Part shown: piece after piece, positions 52,470 through 64,000 of the stretch
Layout: the number at the start of each line of letters is the position of its first letter
Numbering within the stretch: position 1 is the first letter of the stretch
Assembly: GCA_013239625.1 (NCBI GenBank)
Contig: MU056050.1
Span: 3,334,084-3,398,083, forward strand
Source: Lama guanicoe
Lineage: Eukaryota
Direction: 5' to 3'
DNA length: 64,000 bases
Program-made: the position numbers and the translations under genes
Notes under the pieces: generated by a model
Told to the model about the DNA's origin: nothing
Seen by the model: only the letters and a program-made list of their open reading frames with translations
The model's database searches: none

Positions 52470-54160
52470 TATCAGGAATGAAGATAGGGACACCACTACA
52501 GATTCTATAGACATTAAAGAGAATAATATGAAAATTTTAGTGACAGCTTTATAGCAATAAGAACATCTTAAGATAAAATGGAAAAATTCCTTTAAAAATT
52601 GGCAAATTTACACAAGAAGCAATAGAAAATCTAATTACGCCCCTATCTATTAAAGACATTAGACTTGTAGTTTTCAAACCAACATCAAAAGGGAACTTTT
52701 GACCCAGATGGTTTTACTGGTGGATGCTATCAAACATTAAAAATAATAATAATAATCATCTTAAACTATTTCAGAAAATAGAGGAGGAAATATTTCAAAC
52801 TCATTTCACTGGGCCAGTATAACCCCAATACCCAAACTTGACAAGAACATTACAAGAAAAAAATTATACATCAATATCTCTCATAAACATAGACACAAAA
52901 TCGTCAACATAATATTATCAAAGGTAATCAAGTAATATATAAAGAAGGATAATTAATCATAACCACATAGGGTTTATCACAGGGATGCAAGGTTGATACA
53001 ACATTCAAAAACCAATCAGTGTTATTCATACTATTGAGAGGATGAAGGACAGAATTCATGTGATAGCCTCAAAAGTGCAAAAAAATTTTGACAAAATTTA
53101 ATACCCATTATGATTAAAAAAAAACTTTCAGCAAACTATGGAAAAAAGGAACTTTCTCAACCCATAAAGGACATCTATAAAAAAAAAACTGTAGCTAATA
53201 TAATACTTAATAGTGAAAGACTAAACATTTTCTCCTAAGATCAGGACCAAGGAAAGGATGTATGGGTTTACCACTCCTAGTCAATTCTGTACTACTGGAC
53301 CTAGACCACACTATAAGGTAAGCAAAAATATAAAATAAAAGGGATATAGGTTTTTTTTATTAATTTGTATTCTTTTTCATTGAAGTATAGTCAGTTTACA
53401 ATGTTACAATACTGTGTCAACTTCTGGTATACAGCATAATGTTCCAGCCATACACATATATACATGTGTTTGTTTTCATATTCTTTTTCATTATAGGTTA
53501 CTATAAGATATTGAATATAGTTAAAAGAGATATAGGTTTTAAAGAAGGAAGGAAAATTGCTTTTATTTGCAAATGGCACAACTACATAGAGAAACCTAAT
53601 TAGCTACTAGAAACTAACATGAATGAATTTAGGAGGGTCACAGGATTCATGATTCATGATTAATATATGAAAATTAGTTGTATTTCTACATACTAGCAAT
53701 AAACAACTGGAAAGCTAAATTTAAAATGCCAGTAACTGTAGCATAAACTAAAACAAAATATTTAAGAAAAAATGTGCAAGACCTCTATGCTTAAAATTAT
53801 GAAATGTTACTGAGAGAAATTAAACAAGATTTAGATAATGGAGAAATATACTGTATTCATGGATATTTATTATTAAGATATTGATTCTCCCCAAATTGCC
53901 TTCCCAGTCAAAATAACAGTGGCCTTTTTTTGTAGAAAGTGACAAGCTGATTTTAAAATTTAGGTAGAAAAGTACAGAACTTAGAATAACCAAAACAATT
54001 TCGAAAAAGAAGAACAATGCTGAAGGAGTTATGCTACCTGATTTTAAAATATATTACAAAATGACAGTAATCAAGAAAGTATGGTACTGGTGGAAGAAAA
54101 GGTAAATAAATCAATGGAATCAAATGGAAGCAGTTTCTAAAAGAAGTCTTACACAGGAAA
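52470..54160 (+). mobile_element. Old L1M ORF2 fragment (RT region), degenerate
   Basis: Recognisable L1 motifs: cccagatggttttactggtgga, caatatctctcataaacatagacacaaaa, gggatgcaaggttg, tttgacaaaatttaataccca. Confidence 0.88.
53355..53521 (-). mobile_element. Short L1 3'-UTR insertion nested in an older L1
   Basis: Reverse complement of the 3'-UTR end seen at 45590-45716. 19-bp TSD taaaag(g/a)gatataggtttt at 53336-53354 and 53522-53540. Confidence 0.92.
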
Positions 54161-55611
54161 AAAAGTCTAAAACCCAGATCTGGCTTGAGGACATATGAAA
54201 TACATTCATTTATTAATAATCTTTCTATTCCTATAGTGTCTTTCAGAGTTTCTGGTACATAGTTGGTGCTCATCAAACGTTTGTTGAATAAATTCATCTT
54301 AAGCACACTAGGGCAATAAGCCATTTGGCAGAAATTTAATTAATTCTCTGTGGTAAGTGACATTATCTTGTTATTTAAAAATAATTGAACTCCATCAATG
54401 TCAAAAATAATCATTTATATGCAAAAGCAGACAATGTGCATATGTCTTAGGAAGCTAAAATTAGTAAAACCTTTAAAATCCGTGGTAATATACTTCTTAT
54501 GTCCTCTTAAAGATAAAATTGACCAAAATGGAATATATCAGGATGAGTTAATGTGAGTCCTCCTGGATGAAAGAAGGATATATATAGAATGAGATATTTT
54601 TTTCTCCTCTTCTGAGATGTCCCATTACATGCTCCCCTTCCCAGTACCAAGAGAAAAATTACATTCAATGTGGCATACTGTAGGCACTGCAAATGAACAT
54701 TTCATAAGAATACATGCTGGACAAATTTTATCCTGAAAACAACTTCAGTTCAAATCCTAGTTAATTAATCTAATTTCACAGCACCATGCATCTTATTAGG
54801 CTTAGCCATTCGTCTTTGCCCAAAAGGGCTTGAGGTTTTGCTCTAGAGAATCCACAAATCTAATATAAAACTAAGGAAGGACAGCAATAAGCCATAATTC
54901 CGGCTTTTAAAAATTATTCATCCAATTGGCACAACACATAGGTGGAGCAGGCAGCTGTCTATATAGTGTCACTTCTGAGATATGTACAAAACCACTTTCC
55001 TCCCCACCCCCACAACTGCAGCTTGGCACTGATTCTGGCTTTCTCACCCTCAAGATTCATTCCATTGCCTTACAGGATTATCTGGAGAATTGCTCCATTA
55101 AAATGCAAATAAGCTATGTAGGAGGGGTGACACATTAACATACTCACAATAATTATCTGCTGCTATCATCCTATCAGGATTAATTTATCAACAGTCCAGC
55201 AGAAATAAAAGCCCTAAGGGTATCTAATGTAGGAAAGATACAGCTGAATGTGGGTGGAGCTAGGGGTGAGCTCAGATGCTGAAGCCTAGGTAGAGCAAGC
55301 ACCATCGTGGGGTGGGGGTGGGGGGCGATTTGAGCAGCAAGAGGACAGCATTACTCCCTCAACCAGTAATCTTCCATTGGGTGCCTGTAACATGACAGCC
55401 ACTGTGTTATCTCTAAGGCTAGAGACGAGAATAAATTCATTTTTCACCTTCCTCACAGACATGGAGAAGAATGGGTGCCTAGAAATAGAGAAAATGTGCC
55501 TCCCTCAAAAAATTGTGGTAAGGACTGAACGTGATAACATATGTTAAGTACTTAATATAGTGCCTGGCACGAAATAAGAGCTCAAAAAATGGTTGCTGCT
55601 ATTATTTTATA

Positions 55612-56629
55612 TTGGTTCTGGTACCAATTCCCGTGTAGCTGTGAGGGTGGGTCCCCTCACAAACAAGCACTGGTCAGGGCAGCAGCCGGCTGGGTGTCCT
55701 ACATTTCATCTCAAAGCTGACACCATCTACCCGGAGACAGCATCAAATTCCACAGGTTCAGACTGGGCCCCCTCCCCACTTGGGCCTGCAGTTGCAAGCC
55801 CGGGCCGTTTACTTGCGCTTCTCATGCATCAGCTACAGACTGGGAGGTTCCCATGACTTCCTCCTGTTGCCTGTGCTGACTGCCTGACTACAAACTGGAA
55901 GTTCCAAAAATCCCCTCCAACTCAGAATGCCAATGGTAAGTCCAGGTTGTCATCTGCACTTCTGATGGACCAGGTTCCCATGACCTACTCCTTGGACTTT
56001 CGAGGGCAGCTACAAGTCCAGGTTGTTACCTGTACTTCTGATCAACTGGCTATAAATCAGAGGTTCCTAAGACCCCCTCCTTGGGTTAGATTTATTTGCT
56101 AGAATGGCTCACAGAACTCAGAGAAACAGTTTACTTACTAGATTACTGGTTTATTATAAAAGGATATAACTCAGGAACAGCCAGATGGAAGAGATGGCAA
56201 GGGTAAGGTATGAAGGAAAGGTCGTACAGCTTCCATGCCCTCTCCCAGAGAGCCGCTCTCCCAGCACCTCCACATGTTCACCAACCCAGAGGGTCTCTGA
56301 ACCCCATACTTTTGGGTTTTTATGGAGGTTTTATTATATAACCATGATTAAATCACTGGCCTTTGGTGACTGAACTAAATCTCCAGCTCCTCTCCCCTCT
56401 ACCCTAGAGATCAGGGGAATGGACTGAAAGTTACAGCCCTCTAGTCACAGGGTTGGTTCTCCTAGCAACCAGGCTCCACCTTTAGGTAAGGCCCAAAAGT
56501 CACCTCATTAACAAGAGACACCTTTATTGTTCTCATCACTTGGGAAACTCCAAGTGTTTAGGAGCTCTATGCCAGGAAAAGTGGACAAAGACTAAATATC
56601 TATTTCTTATCATAAATCACAATATCACA
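55612..56629 (-). mobile_element. Solo LTR, MER21-like
   Basis: The minus strand begins tgtgatattgtgatttatgataagaaat (MER21-type start). Internal motif gctagaatggctcacagaactcagagaaaca. Inserted in the tail of a MIR. Confidence 0.8.
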
Positions 56630-56779
56630 ATTATCTATTACCACTGTGACAGTTAACTAAAGAAGAATTTCTAGACATGAAAGGCAATGATGAAATAGTT
56701 CCAAAGCACATAAAATAATATCAAGAAGGGATTTCATGAAAGAGATAGGATATTTAAGATATGATCATAAAATTAATGA

Positions 56780-56975
56780 GAGCTATTATATATTAAACAT
56801 ATCCTATGTCTTGGGCACTGCGCTATATGCATTTTTTATTCACTTCTCATTCAATTCTCACAACCCCTCTACCAGAAAGGGACTTTTATTCCCATTTTAT
56901 CCACGAGGAAATTGAGGTTTATAGAAGGTGAAATAACTTGCTCGCAATCACACAGTAAGTGGAAGAACTGTGATG
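56780..56975 (-). mobile_element. MIR
   Basis: ttattcccattttatccacgaggaaattgaggtttatagaaggtgaaataacttgc. Confidence 0.8.
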
Positions 56976-59900
56976 TAAATTAAGTAGAATGTAGGTGGTT
57001 TCAAGAGGTAAAGATGGAAGCCCTCAGAGGGGTCTCTAGGCAGAGGGAACAGTATGAGCAAACACAGCGAGGTGGGAATATGCTGAGGTTATTCACAGAA
57101 TGTTGAGTGGGTCTGTTTGTCTAAAGTGGAGGGACAGAATAGGACAGCATGGCGTGATAAGGTTAGAAATGTAGATTAAAGCTGTATGATTTGGAGTTTT
57201 GTTGTTGTGCAAAGGAGTTTGAACATAATTTGGTAGACTTGCCATATTGGAAAAAAGGGTATGAAAAGAGAGACGGGAGACAGGCGGGTTTCACTCCTAC
57301 TTAAGAATTTTGTACAGGACTAGCCCCTGAAAAAGTGACACTTGGTACCTGTTCTGTGTCTTCCATGAAATATCTGGAATATTTCCCAGCAATTATCTTT
57401 TTTTCTTCCCAAAGGAGTGGCCAGTGCAGGAATTTCTGGCCAGTCATAGTCAGAGATGGATAAAGTTGGGGGAGAGCACTTCCCACCCCAGGGAAGGTCG
57501 TGTACACTTAAGGTTGGCTCTGCTCTCTTCTGGATCTGTATATTTGTGAGAGTTCAAGCAGTGTGGGTGTATGTGTGTATGTGTGTGACAGAGAAAGAAT
57601 TCAAATTCATGCAGCAAAGTGGTTCTTGTGACAATTTCTATCATAATTTTCAGTCAAATGATTGATGGAAAAGGGAAATTTGTACTGCTTATCATCCTGC
57701 TCTGACAATGATATGATAGTTAAGTTTCCCGACTCCACATTCTTCTATTATAAGCAGCCAGTATCACTAAGATCCCACACTTCATGTTCAATGTTCCCTC
57801 CTACCATCCCTGAATCTGGGACCAATTAGACAAGTGGAATAATTTTTAAAAAGCTCTAAGTGATTGGAGTGTCTGGCATCAAATCAGCTTTGCTGCTGGA
57901 CGTACGCTAATCCTGTGAACTCTTAGTATTTCAGTATTGCTCCTTTACAGTTAAGCCCCATCCTTGATCCTAATTCCAGGAACCAAGTCTTTGCCTTGCC
58001 TTTCTTGTAACTCCCTGGCCTAAAACTACAGTTCCTCCTGCGGGGGGAGTGTCTTCACTCCAGTCCTTCTGGGGAATGGAAACCTGGCTCTGAATCTCAG
58101 GCTCAACCATCTCCTGGTAGCGATAGACCTGACATTTAGTGACTACCACAATACCTAAATATCTGCCATTGGCCTTCTCTGTTACATGTTAAACTTGCTT
58201 ATTAAGATTTTTATTTACTGCTCGACTTCCCTGAGCATGTCTAGACTACCTTTTGTTAGTTCCCTACAGCTAAGACCTTCCTGGGTTATTACTTGTAACG
58301 CTCTGTCTAGTCCCTCTCCATCTGTCTGGCTTCCAGATTTTGGCCATTTGTTTGCCCTCACGGCTCGTCATGTTCCACTCACAATAGGCAGAGTTAGTGG
58401 CTTTGACTCAATGCTACAGCAAAACTTTTGCTCACAATTGGTGTAAGCTAAGACTTGACAAACTCTCTTTTTTCCCCTCCAACCATCTCAGTCTATAGTG
58501 CTCAATAAATATTAAGTAACAATAATATAGTATGGGGTACAAGTATCTCATTAAATAAATCACAGAAATGTCAACCCATCTGTCCCAAATTGAAAGAATT
58601 TTATGAAAAATATCTTCAGCTTTAGGCTTAGTTTTCTTATATTCATTCATAACAAGCTGTAAAGAATATAAATGAACTAGTATTTCATAAGGATGAATTA
58701 TGAGTAGGATTCAATTAAAATTTTTACTTTTTCCTGAGATACTCAATTATTCACCCAATTGCCAGAGTCCATATACTCAGAAGCCTTATTTTGCATCCTG
58801 TTACATAATTCATGTTCAAACATGGTTAACCCTTGATAATCCCTGTTAATGGTGATGAACAAAAAAACATTTCACCAACAATAGTATATTACTCAAAACC
58901 TAAATCCACTGAGCTCTGGGAATACATTATATGATGCTTCTACCCCACTCCCACACAAACATTTATTGACCAGTGGCTATAGACAAAATATATTCCAGTT
59001 GAGGATGAGAGGAAGCTATTTCAGAAAAATCTGGGTGGAAAAAATGAAGTCACATGACAACTAAATACAGACAATTCACAAAGATAAGAATAAACATTTT
59101 TCAACAAAAATTAATGAAATTAACAAATGTCCAAAACATTCATTATGCTGAAAAATCAGATTACAATATAATATTCTTCATGTAAGTTTATTTCCCCAAA
59201 TGTGCATGCAAACACAGGTCATTTCTATAGCTGTGCCGTCCCACTAGTCACATCTGAGACTCCAAAACAGAAGCAGTGGCAACATCGATAAATGGAACAG
59301 GAAGGAACATCCACAAAAACAGTAACTTCTATTCAGTTCCACTAGTAGAACAATAAATCACATGCTTTAAAGAGTGTGAGTACAAAGTGTTTTTATTCTC
59401 ATCAAAGTAGTATGTATATCTGTGAATTTTAAAGAGAAGTATTTAAGCATTAACCATAAAAGGAAATCATGTGGTACTGTTACAAGCATATTTAAGTTCC
59501 TTTCGAAAATTTTTCCCCAATACTTTCAATTTGCTGACGTGGGTTTCTGAATTTCATTTTTCTTTAAAATGCTTAATGTTTTTATAGAAACATCACAAAC
59601 AACCTTTCACAGACTAAACTGTTACTTATTTGGAAGGAAAAAATAAAACAGAACACTGTTCTTTCTTTAAAAAAATAAGCTGAAATATGTACATGTTTAG
59701 ACATTTAAAGCTAAGTGACATAGTAAAGAAAATTTATGAAATGCTTTTCTGGAAAAACTACTTATAGAAGGTTTTTATTTTAAACTAATAAGTGGGCTCT
59801 TAATAGTGAAAGCTGAGAATTGTGCATATTCTTCAGAAAATCCAAGTTATAATCCTGAAGTACTATAATCATCTAATAGGTGCCTGATCTTTCAAATTCT

Positions 59901-60217
59901 TTAATCCTTCTCCATATTAACTTTTTGACCTAGCTTTTTGCAAACGCTCTTAAGTCCCTGAAAATATTTCAGTGACACAAAAACCTAATTTATTGAGGCT
60001 GCCTTATGTTAGCAACTATCTTACAGATGTAGTTGGGTTCTGAGTAGTCCATATGAAAACATACGTCTAATACAGCACTCCTAAAATAGATATTCCAGTC
60101 GAAAGTCCAATTTTATTTTCTGGATTTCAGGATTAGAAACCTAACAGCTGCTTACCAACAGATTCCATGTTAAATCAGGAGGGGATTTACTGATTCCATT
60201 ACAGCTAAAAGGCAGAT

Positions 60218-60286
60218 AACCAAAAAAACCCACAAAAAAACAAAAACCAACAAAACAAAAAACCACCACCACCACCAACCAACCAC
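60218..60286. repeat. (CAAAA)n/(CCA)n low-complexity tract
   Basis: Seen directly. Confidence 0.8.
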
Positions 60287-60444
60287 TTTTAACCTTTCAG
60301 AATAATATAACTGCACCTTCAAATGCAATTCAACCCCATATTTCATTCATCATGAAATTCTCACTTTCTCAGAATCCCCGTTATGGTAGGCAATATATAC
60401 TCATCAAATAAACAATTTCGAAGGTACAGGAGGCCAATCAACCA

Positions 60445-60920
60445 CTCAATCGTAGATCAGTAAGTACTGTTTATAAGCTTAGCACTGTGCCCGGCACTCT
60501 GGAGGATGTATAAGTGAATAAGATGCAGTCCTTGCCCCCTTAGCCATTATGATCCTATTGAAAAGATCTGCCTGTGTGAAACATTTATCAACTAGCCACC
60601 AGCATCTAGCACTTAGCCTCAAAGAAAGGAGAGAAAGCCTAGAAGAGACTATATTAAGGAAAACTTTCAAGAAAGGGTGGGATTTCACTAGACTACCTAT
60701 CCTTTAAAGGATAGGGAGTTTGAAAATCAGAGAAGTATGAGGACAGCAGCTTGATTTAAGTATAAGGGAAGCTGGGAGAAGGAAAAACACACTTGGTTTA
60801 TTAAACAACTACTTTCTACAGGGAATGTACAAGGGAATTTATGAAAGGAAAAGGCAAATTGGGACCAGAATGGAAGGCCTCAAATGCTAGTAGATTAAGG
60901 AGCTTGAATATGAGCCAATA
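60445..60920 (-). mobile_element. L2 fragment
   Basis: gtgaataagatgcagtccttgcccc; ggaaggcctcaaatgctagtagattaaggagcttgaa. Confidence 0.55.
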
Positions 60921-62244
60921 GCAATTACAGCCGTCTTCCGAAACCTCTCCAAAGCACAACTTTAGCTGAGAGTGCCATTTGTCTATGGGCCTGAGATACA
61001 GTTAATTCCAACTCTTCAAGGTGAAAATGAGATGAATAATGGTGCAGAATATGGTAAGTATAATTAATTAAAGGAAGAAGGTCTTTCAATTTTATGTTGG
61101 GACAACTGGATGCTCGACAATAGAAATGAAATCCAAATGGCAGCAAATAAATTGGATCACAGGCGAGTCCAACCCAGATTAAATAAGGGTCCTCCTAAAT
61201 CTCACTTTAAAACCAAATGTCAAGTATCAACAAACACAGATGTACATAGTGATTTGCTTTTTCATTACTTTGTGTAATGAGAAATCTCAAAACGCAACAT
61301 TATTCTGCAGAGACAAAAGGTCTCAGTTTAATGCTCTTTAACATTACTGCTGCGCTCTCATCATGGATGCTTCCATTAATTTAGGTCAAGTGAATGATAA
61401 GAACTTTTTTGACAATGTGCTCTGTCAAATGCCAGAGTCTTGAATTCCCTGGCACATTTAGCGCCAGGTGTGAGGCAGTGGTTCTGGACACCAAAAGAAG
61501 ACCCAGAGGAGACCTGAACACAAATTGGTCTGTAATTTTCAACTTTAGATCTGCTTGCTCCCTTGTCCCATTTTCAACATGGATAGTAAGGTTGTTCAAG
61601 TAGAACAACCTCTGACCATTTTTTAAACCACTCTGGAAAGCCTCCATCTCCTAAACCATTCTGTTTTCATCTATGTACAAGGTCAAGGCAGTGATCCCTG
61701 AGTTTGTTTATTAACAGCATCAGTTGTCCATGTTCGTTTTAGAAGGGGTGAGTTTTTCAATTGCTTCACCTGTGATTCTGTATTATGGCCAATCACCATG
61801 TGACTTCAAACTGCAGTTTCATTTTAGAAAAAAATTAGGTTTCCCACAACTATTTCCCTTAAGTGCCTTCCAGGTTGCTGCTAGTTCTTCAATGTAGCTC
61901 ATTATGGTATTATTGTTACTTATTAATGCAATTTACATGATGCTAGATACCATAAAGATGTATAGTCTCTGATTTCAATGAGTGTAACAGGATATAAGCA
62001 TTGAAACTGGCTTCAAGGGGTTTAAAGTTGGAACAGAATTAAATAGGAAGCCACTGAAAGGCTTCAAGAAAAGGAGTAAGCTCGAAACAGATAAAGATGA
62101 TTTTAGCAGGAATGTTCTGCATGGTCTCTTAATATAAGACGACTGGGGTCCAAAATATGAAATGTGACCATGGGATTTGAGAAAAGAGGGTAGACATGAA
62201 AAAGGATTTCCAAAGAACCAACGTGAATAAAACCAAAAATATCA

Positions 62245-62470
62245 GCTAATATTTACTGAGTATTTACTGCATGGCAGGCTCAATGTGTAACTGCTTTCTG
62301 TGTATCCTCATTTAGTCTTCATAGTATCCTATGGGAGGGGCCTTATTATAACCATTTGACTTACAGGAAAAGTGAGGCACAGAGAACTGAAGTTTCCTGA
62401 AGTTAAATGACAGACTGAGGCATGAGGTTACATTCAGGTTGAGGCAATAAGACTTGGATACACAATCTAA
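62245..62470 (-). mobile_element. MIR
   Basis: gctaatatttactgagtatttac...ggaaaagtgaggcacagagaactgaagt. Confidence 0.75.
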
Positions 62471-62519
62471 TACATGTCTCCTGAGAACCCAACAATCATG
62501 GAGCATTTTTAACAATTCA

Positions 62520-62930
62520 GCAGAATTAATACAAACAAATTAGGACTGTCTTGTTCAAAGCAGTCACTTTAGGGAGCCATACACTTATTACACTGCTGCA
62601 AAAATTTCCAGAACGCTTCTTTAGTGACTGTGTTCTAAACCTGAAACACACTCTGATCCTATGCACTAGTGGAAAGCTTCTAGCCTTGAAGTGAAGTTTA
62701 AATTTTATAAATACCTAAAAAAAAAGTTGAAATAAAGTCTGTCAAATAAAGTGAGCTATCAAGCTACATAGTTTGACCTGAGATCAAAAACATGATGTGA
62801 CATGAAGAAATGAGATGGAATTTTTCTCTGAAAGCATTCCCCCCAAATTCTGGAGCAGTGGCAGCATCTCTAAAATCAGCAGTAACTTCCCTACAAGAAA
62901 ACCTGACTCTATAAACTCTGGTTCTAGTAC
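62520..62930. mobile_element. Ancient mariner-derived element (MARNA-like)
   Basis: ttcaaagcagtcactttagggagccatacacttatt and gatgtgacatgaagaaatgagatgg resemble the MARNA consensus as I recall it. Confidence 0.55.
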
Positions 62931-64000
62931 ATGTATTCGTATTAAAATGCAAATGTTTATACTAAAATTAAGAGGCTATACATTTTGCATCACCCATTTT
63001 ATGTAAGACCATTAGAGAGTAATATTCCTACATATGAGATATCCAAGCACATATACATTATAAGTGCTATGGGTATTCAAATTATGTGGAGCTCAACATG
63101 GACTAGGCTAGTTGACAACAGCTTTATGTAAGGAAGTAGGGGATGACTTGGTCTTGAAGAATGAGTTAAATTTCAATAAGTGAGGGAAAAGATCTTCTGT
63201 GTAGGGGAGAGGAATCTGACTTTATGAGTTAATAAAAGTGGACTTGAAAAAAATTCTAATCCATATGAAATAGAAGCCCTCCTGAAACCCAGCAGATGTT
63301 AATATTAGAGAACAGAGAGAGACATAGCTAGCACAGCGGACCCTGATTACAGGGGGAGGAGGATTGCCGAATGAATGCTAGCTGGGGAGTCTGAGCTTGA
63401 TCTAAAGTTAGCCTATTATCCCTCCACCTGTGATTTTGTAAGTTTCAAGGATCCGTCAAGGCCCACTAATAAATGTCTTGCTCTACAAAGGCAATTTAAG
63501 AAAAGAAAAGAAAAGTAACACGGATACTTCAAATTCTCTCTCCCTTGAGAAAAGGCCCTCCCACTGACCTTGCTTTAAAGACAGGGCGAGCTGGCAAGAT
63601 CTGGCAAGATCGAAAAGGGGCCATCAGCAGAGTGTAGATAAGCTTTTAGAAATGCCTTATTGGCTTTCAAAAGGATGAACAGGTTTTCGGGTAGAATTTA
63701 GTAAATGCACAGAATTCTTTTTACCAAGTATGAGCTTCCTGGCTATTGGATAATTATTTTCTCTATAAAATACAGCCCTAAAAAAATTCTTGCTATTTCC
63801 TTAATTAAAGTAAATACTTATTTATACTACTCTACTGAAAATCTTTAAAATGCAAGATAATAATGAATCCCATTTTGCTGTGTATTATAAATCATATTAG
63901 TAACTTCTGGTGCTCTCCAGGTTTAATAGGTGATAGTTTGTTATTCATATTCAGCATAAACTAAGTCATTGAAATTACAAATTTACAAGTAAGCTACAAA

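Noticed and set aside
63326..63346. REST/RE1-like motif (tagcacagcggaccc)
   Set aside because: Too many mismatches to TTCAGCACCNNGGACAG.
1..64000. CRISPR array, prokaryotic operon or novel multi-gene system
   Set aside because: No regularly spaced repeats or gene-dense organisation; the sequence is mammalian intronic DNA.

Overview
This is mammalian (eutherian) genomic DNA: AT-rich, CpG-poor and dense in repeats. The only convincing host protein-coding sequence is the first coding exon of teneurin-1 (TENM1) on the minus strand (CDS 31838-32054; 217 nt, 72 codons plus 1 nt; MEQTDCKPYQPL...RKRK...). Positions 1-31837 are the following intron. The exon has strong splice acceptors upstream of the ATG, so 32118-64000 is probably a 5'-UTR intron. 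The remainder is mostly interspersed repeats: young 5'-truncated L1s (one 5'-inverted), old L1M, L2, MIR, MaLR/ERVL LTRs, hAT and mariner MITEs, and microsatellites. A tRNA-Ala-derived SINE resembling camelid Vic-1 suggests a camelid genome. TENM1 is X-linked in human and mouse, so this is probably chromosome X (inference). I see no convincing new multi-gene system. The most interesting hypotheses are: (i) an L1-derived inverted repeat pair bracketing the AUG exon, with circRNA or editing potential; (ii) tandem acceptors in the 5'-UTR; (iii) a sense-oriented MER21-like LTR upstream; (iv) apparent amino-acid changes next to the NLS; and (v) several templated-repair scars. Repeat family names are from my recollection of consensus sequences, and repeat boundaries are approximate unless TSDs or TIRs are quoted.
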